Assembly: GCA_002256025.1 (NCBI GenBank)
Contig: NKIB01014413.1
Span: 1 to 43,687 of the forward strand
Direction of reading: 5' to 3'
Source of the DNA: Asterionella formosa
Lineage: Eukaryota
Length of the DNA: 43,687 bases
Position 1 is the first letter of the stretch, and the number at the start of each line of letters is the position of its first letter. The translations under genes and the position numbers were made by a program. Below, in pieces: positions 25,099-34,712 of this stretch. The notes under the pieces were generated by a model. The model did not search any database and was not told the origin of the DNA. It was given only the letters and a program-made list of their open reading frames with translations.

Positions 25099-26322
25099 AT
25101 TAAGAATTTCATTTTCATATCGCTCGCTCGTTTCTGCTTTCATAATGTCCTTGAATTACCTATTGAACTTGTCCGCATCTTTGATACCATCAAGAGAGCG
25201 AAAGCAAGTGGCTCTTTTCATTGTTGTTTGCTTGTAGGAAAAATTTGATATCTGTATCATCATTAGCTTATTGGAACTGTCCGTTGCCTCAAACCTGCTT
25301 GGCGTGTGCATACACACACTGTCAACTTGTTTTCATTGGTATGATATGTAATATTGAATAAAGCAAATCACATAGCTATGATACATTGATCATAAAACTA
25401 TGATGATTTTATAAAATATTTATGATATAATTTTGATCGAAAAATGAATATGTTAAAATAGTACAATGACAATAACATACGATAAAATATGTACACAAGT
25501 GTTACCAAGACATCATAGAAAATAAATCAAGCAATCATAAAGTATGTTAATTAATATATATGTTTGTCATTTAATGTATACAGTTAAAGACAACAGTTAA
25601 TATGATAGTATTATACAGTGGATAGGATCTAAGTATATGGATGCGTTGATATGTACATCACTATAATATGATTTGTGACATGGATTGATGCATACCACAT
25701 ACCGGTATCCTCAACAACCAGCCATCACGTTCATTGTCATGTCGTCTTTCGTTGTTTTAGCTATATATATGCTGGCATGTGTATTGTGTAAACACTACGC
25801 TGGCGGAACATGCATATTACAGTGTGCTCTGTTCAACAATTACTACACTCGGTTACCATCACACCAGTCCAACCTCCACAAGCGCCGCAATAAGCTCCAC
25901 GAAAAGCTCTGCGTTTCCCTTCCACTGTTTTACATCATTGTCTTCTGGCCCTTTGACAACTTTCCAAATGGCATTTCACTGATTTCATGGAAAGGATCAG
26001 TCAAACAAGAAACGAGACTTATTTCCGTTGTTTACACTACACAACTTTATGTTTTTGGAAAAGAAGATGAAGAAACTTATGAAATCAATCAAAGATTCCT
26101 TTGAATAAACTCAACGGTCAAATGAATTTGAACAGATTCATAATACTCCAGAAAAAATAATGAAGTATGCTGATACAATAGTGGCTGAGATTGAAAAGAA
26201 GGAAAGATTGCTTTGAAAGAGCCAAGGAAACCCAAACAGTTGTTCTTCGGGGATGAAGACTTTATTCCTACAGAGTCACAGTTCCATCCAGTGTCGTATT
26301 TTGCTTGGTCTCCTGACATCCC

Positions 26323-29300
26323 TTATTTGTGTAATCAAATCTTGTCCTTTGGCTGAGAAAAGTCTTCCTTCATTCATGTCTATGAAAAGTGCTTGATGAT
26401 CTGAGTATTTAAGTCCATTGTTATAATCCATGATTCCACCCCTTACTACTGCCTGGGAAATAGCCAACAACCCAAGGATGAAGTTGATCTTTTTCTTTCT
26501 GCGCCCATACGATTCTGGAGGTGGGGTCAAACTAGTGAGATTTGAATGAAGGTCAAGCAACTTATGTTTGGTAACCATTTGAAGGAACTGAACATCATCA
26601 AAATTGGAGTTGGCATCAAGCATCAAAATAATTTCATCACCCTCCTCTTGAAATTGTTGTATCTTGGCTGATAGGTCTTGCCAGAATTGCACCCTTGGGT
26701 TGACCGGATCCACCTGCTGTGTATTTAGAAATCTTCACTGTTGCATAAATGCAGTGTCCATTTGCACACTCTGGGTGGATTTCTGACTCACTTGATATGC
26801 TGTAATTATTGGGAGGTGCTTCTGGTCTTGGCATTTGAAGCATTGACATGCCCATCGACCCATGTCCTTGTCATTTCCTTGTTGCGTCAAGCAGGACCCC
26901 ATTTTATTTGTAGACATCATGCTGCACCCTCCTTGTTGCAGGATTTTGTAAAATCCCTCATTACAGGAAGAATGAGAGAAGTAAAGGGTCTTATGTCCTG
27001 TGGTCATTTTTCTTTCCCATGAATCACAAAAGGAAACATTGTTCCAATTGATGTTTGTCTCACATGTCCTTGGATTTGAATACCATTTTTCTGAATCTCT
27101 GCGTGTACCATGCTTGATTGAGTAAGTCCATTGACGTTTTGGAATATTAATCTCACTATATCATCACTAACTGGTTTGATATCATCACCCCAGTGCCCAA
27201 ATCTGTCAGCATTTATCATTTCATTATGTTGTTTGTGTTGACTTGGTGTGTGGCTGGTGTCTCTGTGTCATTTGGAAGTGTTGTGAATCCAATTCTCATG
27301 TTGTGACATCTCTCTTGGGGGTAGGTGTAAATTTCTGATCCCAGGTTGTAGTGAACCTGGATTGTCTGGGAAGTCCTGAGAGACTCTCATGATGCCTGCC
27401 CATGCTGGCTTGCTTTGCCAGTTTGGGGAGATGTGTGGTGGAAGGGAGTGATGACAGTGGGTTGAGGAGTTCTATCTATCAAAGAACCATTTGGAGGGGA
27501 ATGTAAAGTATAGGGTGGTTGCAGTACAGAGAATTTAGGATGTAATTTCCATAACATATCCATCATCAATAATAGATTTCCCTTGATTTCCTCTGTGTCC
27601 TGTTGCATGTTATGCACTGTATCTTGAAGCAATTCTTGTGCCACCTGGTGGTAAGAATGCATGTTGTGTTGCATTTGTAAGAGTTCACTGCACAGAGAGG
27701 ACATTTCCGTTTGAACCACACTGTGAGCACGCCATGTGGGCTCCGAAGGTGTGATTTCGGACAAGTCTTCTGGGGGTCTCATTGCCAAGGCTGATGTTGC
27801 GACCCAATCTCTGGCAACCTGAGTGTATGTGGTACGTGAAGTTGTATAGGTGATATAGTGTTGATGAAGTTTATTAGCGCGCAGTCGACTTTTGTGAGTG
27901 CTGACACTATCACTGCTACTCCTGCTACTGCTGCTGAGGTCACTGTCTGTGGTGTCCCCTGTTTGTGCGAGCCGAGCCTTCTTGGATTGCATTTGTTTCT
28001 TGGTAGAGCGTGGATGTGTGCTGTTTAACAAGGGTAAGTCTTGGTGGTGAATGTTTCCCCTCATGAATTCCACGCCATTGGTGGACTTATAAGATGCTGT
28101 AGCACTTCCACTGCGAGATTGGTTATTAGATGCAATTGACAAGGTAGGAAATTTGTTGTCTAAATCTGCAAAAATCTCATCCAGTCTGGCTTCTCCGTCA
28201 TTACTGTTGTCCTGTGCATTTGCCATCCTTTTGAACAAGTCGTTGTCCTTCAAATCAGGGAATGTCTCCTGTGCCACCTTTAACAGATGGTATCTTATCT
28301 TGTACATTTGATCCTTTTTTCTTGTGGTACTAGACAGAATGGCTGGTCATATATTGTTTGGTACCATGTGGCACCACTGCATCAAACATGTTGTTGCCTG
28401 TATCATCTAGTATGTTTCTCAGGATATCTCCCACTGTGATATTAAATTCATTGTTATGGATTGTATCTTTGTAGGTAATCATCTCTTCCAATCCTTGCAG
28501 ATTTCGAGGCATCACTGTAAGCAGGTTCTTATCAAAAGATGATTGTCGCCTGATGAATTTATCATTAGACTCTGCTGTACTTTTGAGCATAGATAAGGGT
28601 ATGAATCTCAAGAGCGGCCTTGTCCAATCCTTGTTTGCTGTATCCGGACCATAAAGTTTGGTCAGCACCTCACAGGCCTCAGTATAGTCCTCTTTTTTAG
28701 TGCAAATCGTTGTAGCGGAAACTGATGGCGACTTTTCCGATGATCCATGTATTTTTGACCAACTTAGCTGGAGAGGAAGTTCCTTATTCTTGGTATGAAT
28801 GCTCATTTTGTTACTAATATGTTTTGCTAACTCAACTCGATTTTCCGCTGCCATTGTACCATACAACACTCCCACCATGACCACCGGTGATGTCCCAAAG
28901 TTCGCAAGGGATAAAGATAAGATGGTGTGGTGTTTTGTTAAAACCTCTTTTTTGGTCATTCCCAAGAATATCCATGGGTTGAGGGGTGCTCAAGTGAATT
29001 AATCCATGGAAATAATCCTTAGTCAGTGAACCTTTATGCACATACCGTCTGATTACTCTGGTTTCAATTGAGTCCGGTATATTTCCCTGCTTTCTTGTGA
29101 TGGGTTCGAGTAGTTTGTTTGTTTCTGGTGCAATGATTTGGGCCTCTGGTGCAGCTTTGAGGATAGACTTGAAAATTGCCTGGATAATTGCCATGATGGA
29201 TTCGTCATTTGCTGTGTTATCTGGGCGATTTATTTTTATAGCCATATATTTATTAGTCAGTATCCCCATGGATGGATACTTCGTCGTTGCGGGTGTGATG

Positions 29301-30518
29301 GTGGTAGCAATATGTTGATTGGGAGCTATGTTGGTCATGGGGTCATCCTGTACCTTTCGAGTTAAATCATTTGAGTGAGAACCTTGGCTATCCTTGGTGC
29401 TGTTTGTTAGTGCCTAAATCAATTGCTATTTGTCTCTGTTGGAGGGAATGCCATGTTTGTTGTCTTGGGAGTGCCCGGGGGACTCTGCATATCATTCATC
29501 TCGACATCTGAGTTGTTATTCTGCAGTGGGCTTGCTGGCATTGGTGCGAATCTAGGGTCAATTCGTCCGTCTGGTGACAACATTGGGCGTTTTGTACCCA
29601 TTGCCGGTTTCCTCTGAGATCGATGGGGGATGGTTGTTGTGAGAAGGGATAGTTTCGAGATGTTCTGCATGCTTTTCCTTGTTGTTATGATGGATCCGGG
29701 GAAGTGACATGTTCGTTGCCGATGCGTTGTGGGGGGTTCTTGGTGGTTGAATGCGATTTTGTGAGAACGTCTTCGACCGCCTTTGAGGGGAGACTGTCTG
29801 CCAGTTGGCCTCATGATCAGACAAGAAATGACCGCCAATCAAGTCGTTGTGGTCATTTAAGTATGTGTCGCCATTAGTCTGCCTTTGGTCTCTATCCATT
29901 TGTAGGCCTGCACCTAATGTGTCCAGAACTTTGGGGTGTCGGTTGGCGGTCTTTGTACCGTTCAAGGGAGTATCATGCATGGTGGTTGCAGTTGTCACAT
30001 TTGTTTTATTGGGCTGATCCCGCCGATGCAAGGCGATAAATGCACTGTGTGGGCTCTTTAGATTCGCATGAGTTGCGATCGTGATATTGCCATTGGCGCT
30101 TGTGGCCATTTCCATATATTCATCAGCCGAAGTGTTCATGTTGTTCCAATCGTCGTTGTTTTTGCCTATTGTAGTAAGTTTGTTGCCAAAGTTGTCGTTT
30201 GGCTCTGGTGTTGTTGGCACATCATTATTGAGTTCGAAGGGGGGTTCCGCTGTGAGAAGAGAGTAGTATTCGACTGCAAAATCTGTAATCTTAGCGTTGT
30301 TTTTCTTCATTTTTCGTTGTAGTGGGGAATCATCGGTCCCTGCATCCGATGCATGCGAAGTTTGAACAGCAGAGGCCTCCGTATCGTGCGAAGAAGAGGT
30401 ATCCGCCATGGTGGGGTGGAGGCACCATTCGACCAGAACGCTACGTAGGTACTCCTGTAGACTTGTAGTACACTTTTGTATGTAGTAGTTTAGTATGCTA
30501 TTCACTTTTCCACGTGTG
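26323..30518 (-). mobile_element. Ambal-like non-LTR retrotransposon (LINE): 5' UTR, broken ORF1 and APE endonuclease; reverse transcriptase and 3' end missing
   Basis: ORF1 fragments run from ATG 30409 to 27387. ORF2 from 27219 has WGDD..P...RLIFQNVNGL, QQGG..MM, GRW...IITAYQV, PRVQFWQDL...EIILMLDAN, KINFILG and SDHQALFID (APE motifs). Similarity stops at ~26323. Confidence 0.85.
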
Positions 30519-31250
30519 CGGAACTATTCTGTAACTATACTTTAGCTATGTGGACAGTAGTCTGTTACATTTTCGTATCTCCTTCTATGCTGAATCTCAG
30601 TACCAGGTACCTGGTAGGAGATGTAGTATCATGTGAGAATTGAAAATGTCAATGAGAACAAGTAGAATGTGTTTGTTTACGGGTTGATTGGCGAGATTGT
30701 AATGCTGGTGGTGGTTGACGAAACGGATTTACTATGTGAGCTGTGTGCGGAACCATTATGATTTCGAATGATTTCTTCTCTGTAAACTCTTAATTGAAGA
30801 ATGATTGTGAACAAAGTTTCACTGCACATGACGATTACTCAAAGACATAATGATCACTTGACCAACAATTGAAGACGTTATCGCAAACAATCATTCCACT
30901 TGTCATCGCTAGTATTTCGTTGTTGTTGCAAAAATCAGAGTGATGACGGATGGAAATGACAAGCCAAATTACATTACTTCAGCTGGTACATTATCCTACC
31001 AAGAAATTCGAAGAAAGGAATCTGATAGCAACAAGAAGGGTTACTTTTCAAATTACAAGGGCATTTATCAAAATTACTAGATGATATAACGAAAAATTAT
31101 GATCAGATGATCACAATCCTATGATGCATCATGGAAATATGATAGTTTTTTTTGCAGATGATTGAAATAAGATTAATGTAGCATACAAACTATAACTGAA
31201 AGGAATTAGCTAGGTAATAACAAGAACTAAGTAGAAATATAACTGTTAAC

Positions 31251-32513
31251 CTAATTATGATTAGATGCATGATCCTCTTCAGCTGTTCGTATGAGAGATA
31301 CAGAATTCATGGTCAGTGCTTTGGCTTCAAAAAATTCAACAAAACTGACATTCTCTTGATACTCTTTACCATCACATTTTTGTGAAACTTCATTGCTTGC
31401 TACTTCAGTCCGAGCTTCCTTTAACTTTTCGCGGTACATACTTACAACATCCATTAGTTCCTTCTCTTTTTTTACAAGAAAAGTCGCTCAAGAAAATTAT
31501 GCATTGGAACTTTGAGAGGCAAGTGTCATTTGTGTACGGCGCTCATTTGCTTTTGAAAGTTCTATAAGCGTGTCGACCACTTGTTTGGATATGTTCTTAA
31601 ACTCATTGCTGCCATACTTTCTACCTTTTCTTCGTTGAACAGGTAGCTTGGCAACATCTTCCTCTGCATGAACGTGAATTAGACTGTCCATGCCTAGCAT
31701 CACCACCACTTAAACTTGGTACTGCATAGGCACGGAAATGTGGCACCTGTTGATGCCATAAATGATAGTACAAACAATAAGGCCGATTTTGGGTGAAATT
31801 GTCAAAGTTATCGTGTCGGCCAGAAACTTTGTTATTATTAGCTATCCAAAATATCAAAAGTGCTGAGGAGATAGTTATCATCAATTCTGTGGTATTCAAA
31901 CTGGGTGTGTTTGAATGCCATGGATCCAACTGTATCATCGTCTATGTCCATGTAGGTATCCAATAACTTGTCCCAAACTGCTTCATGGGGAAATTTTCTT
32001 GCATCCAGCCAACTCACACATAGTTGGTGTATTCCTAAGACACAAAACATCTTGCCGATGTTTCTCATCGAAGAAGACATTAATTACTCGATAGTATATG
32101 CCATGCTTCTTAATATATTTAGGAGCAGTTGCAGCATTTCTTATCCTATAATTCTTGGGAGGTCGTCCCTGTTTCTTAATAATCTGGTGAGATCTTTCAG
32201 AATCGTCATCCAATAAAATATCAGCAGGAACTGGAGATGTAAATGCAGACAAGTGGGAAGGAGATAGTTCGGAATCTGTACTTAGCTAAGTCATTGGCAA
32301 TATCTTCTCTGGTAGTAGAAAGTTGCTTTGATAGTATTAGGCGAGGAGACTTCCTTGCTGATGATTCAGGAGTGTAAAGGGAGAGCCTTTTCTTTTCAGA
32401 TTCTTCTTTAGGCGAGGAGACAACCTTGTTGATGATTCAGGAGTAAAGGGAGCGCTGTTTCTTTTCAGATACTTCTTTGGTTCTTTTGACGACTTTTTGT
32501 TGTACCCCGTCAT
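31251..32513 (-). pseudogene. Harbinger accessory (second, putative DNA-binding/Myb-SANT-like) gene, frameshifted
   Basis: Collinear fragments YYRVINVFFDE..., LDARKFPHEAVWDKLLDTY and SGRHDNFDNF...YCLYYHLW..VPHF, with a coiled C-terminus. Convergent with the transposase inside the same TIRs. 71-bp tandem duplication at 32337-32476. Confidence 0.65.
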
Positions 32514-33393
32514 GTCTCAAAGATCAAGAGTCTTTAAACAGTTCTTAATGAGTGTAATCGTTATCATCTTTGTTTTTTGTCTGTATTCTGCGATTTTAAA
32601 GTGAACGCAAATACGACGAAGTCGTTGTAGCGATTTCTGTTGAATGAGCATGTCTTTTATCATCGTCAAACACCCTTCATGGTCGATGAAAAAATCAGCA
32701 GGAGTGATAGATACAATTCACTGGTCATCCTGTTTCCTTGCTGCAGAGTAAGTTTCTTAGTCCAAAGATTCAAATGATGCCATTGCGCAAGTTGTTTACA
32801 AGTGATGAAAAGCATTATTCCATGAGTAGCTTGAGATAATAATAATTGCTGCTGAGAATCCCGCCTCCCAAAATTCATTTCTGTTGTTGCCATGAGAGAT
32901 AAAAATGATGTCTTTGTTGATTAATTTAATCACATGACATATAATAAATTTATAAAATTAGTGTTGCTTAACGCTGTATCTGCAGCAATACACACAGATA
33001 CACATTTCGAAGCAACAAAAAATGTGTTGTTGGAAGCAACATATCACCCGGATATGTGACATCCAAAAAATTGGGCCAAGCAACATTTTTTTATTTTTTT
33101 TATCTCAGTTAAAATTGGCCATTAGCCAATCCGTCTCCCATCGCAATGATTGTTCTTCGATATTTCTGATGATGTATGATACATATACAGGTATACATTT
33201 AAGAATATTCATAAAATAACCTTGCCAGCATCAATTTACAGCATCATGTTAGTACTAGTTGGCTGTCGTAAATACATATAAATGCTCGATGCTGGACCAC
33301 TACCACACAGAATTGTTCACTCCAATCATGGTTCATCCTCTCACTGTCACTGATGAAGACACCAGTGAGGATTGTAATGAGGGCACTCAGTGA

Positions 33394-33992
33394 CAGCACC
33401 TATACAATGATATCAAGAAAATGTCAAATGCATCAAATGCTCAGCAACTATACAGTGATATCAACAGAGTGCATCTAATGCATCAAACACTCAGCCACTA
33501 TACAGTGATGTGGAGATCGAGAATGCATCAAATGCTCAGCAACTATGCTGTGATATCAAGATTGAGAATAAATTGATTGCTTGGAAAGAATCAAATGCTC
33601 AGCAACTGTAAAGTGATGCAGTGAACAAGAATGCATCAACCACATCAAATGCTCCGCAACTATCCAGTGATATTGTGAACAAGAATGCATCAACCACATC
33701 AAATGTTCTGCAACTATACAGTGAAATTGTGAACAAGAATGCATAGAAAGCATCAAATGCTCAGTAACTATACAGTTATATCGAGATCAAGAATGCTTTG
33801 AATGCTCAGCAACTATACAGTGATATCGTGAATTGCAATAATCCACCAAACACATTGAACACTTGTCAAGAAATATACAGTGATATCAAGAACTCATCAA
33901 ATGCTTTACATGGTCAGCAAATATTCAGTGATGTCAGGAATGCATCGAAGGCTCAGCAACAGCTCCTTTACAGTGATATTAAGAATTCATCA
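33394..33992 (+). repeat. Degenerate array of ~12 units with core GCATCAAATGCTCAGCAACTATACAGTGATATC, encoding ASNAQQLYSDI-like peptides
   Basis: Unit spacing is about 45-63 nt and almost always a multiple of 3. A single frame reads ..NASNAQQLYSDI.. with three internal stops and one frameshift. Confidence 0.85.
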
Positions 33993-34178
33993 AAACAACT
34001 GCAGGAGAAACGGCTTCAAAAATGTCATTTTGTGTCAGCATTGGCAATACGCCTGAATCTCATGAATATGATCTATGTTCACTTCTTAACGACACAATCC
34101 TCCTTAATGGTCAAAAATCAGATTCCCAAATAATATAAACCAATAGAAGTGATTCTTTAATTTGGCTACGGTCGGATT

Positions 34179-34303
34179 CTAATTGACCAAATACCTGGAA
34201 GTTGCGGTAATTTTGCTGAACCAAAGATTTAGCTATCTTTATGCCAAATTAAATTGTTGATTTAAGCAAAATGACCGCAACTTGCTGATATTTGGTTGAT
34301 TAG
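34179..34303. repeat. 125-bp foldback (42-bp imperfect inverted repeat), MITE-like
   Basis: 34179-34220 matches the reverse complement of 34262-34303 at 35/42 positions. Confidence 0.85.
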
Positions 34304-34712
34304 GGGGTCATCCTCAAACAAGACTAAAGTTTATTTAATCCTGGTTAATGCGGTGGCAAAAATATTTTTGCTTTTTCAACCAACACAATGCATTATGATG
34401 TATGATGACCTGCAACTTCAATTGGCTTGGTATTTAGTTTAAGTACCTAGTCACCTCATGGTCCTTGGATATAATTGTCATTGTAGCATTTTCCTCCACC
34501 TAACCCTAAAATGTGCTTTATATACATGCCCAGCTATAGAAGGCTGGGTGCTCCCTAGGGAAGATACATATCATAGAAGGCATAATCCCCTAACCCTAAT
34601 CCACGTACTCCAATAGATTCGAGTTTCAATAAATAGATAAAATATAAAATATTCTTATTCTACATTGTTTCAGTCATGTTCTCCTGTTTTAAGAGGATCA
34701 ATTTGAAGCACA

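Larger units (their letters stand above)
19486..31160 (+). mobile_element. Plavaka-like (CMC-related) DNA transposon, internally rearranged
   Basis: Termini CGTCTGCAAATAAAAAGTATCAT (19486) and reverse complement CATCTGCAAAAAAAACTATCAT (31160). AT is duplicated at 19484-85 and 31161-62. Removing the element restores the Harbinger transposase reading frame. It contains a Plavaka-type transposase remnant. Confidence 0.8.
17785..33122 (+). mobile_element. PIF/Harbinger DNA transposon (~3.7 kb of its own sequence) interrupted by an 11.7-kb nested insertion
   Basis: Left end AGGGTCAATCTCAACAGTGATA versus reverse complement of right end ATGGCCAATTTTAACTGAGATA (16/22 identical). TAG lies on both flanks (17782-84, 33123-25). 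Convergent transposase and accessory genes are inside. Confidence 0.75.

Noticed and set aside
24458..31160. Inverted-repeat-bounded unit having transposed as one element
   Set aside because: The flanks are TT (24456-57) and AT (31161-62), so there is no TSD. The AT instead pairs with 19484-85.
33394..33992. CRISPR array
   Set aside because: The repeats are degenerate, and the linkers are short, related to each other and frame-preserving. There are no cas genes and the context is eukaryotic.
34497..34600. Telomeric CCCTAA repeats
   Set aside because: Only two short dimers (CCTAACCCTAA) occur, about 90 bp apart. This is not an array.
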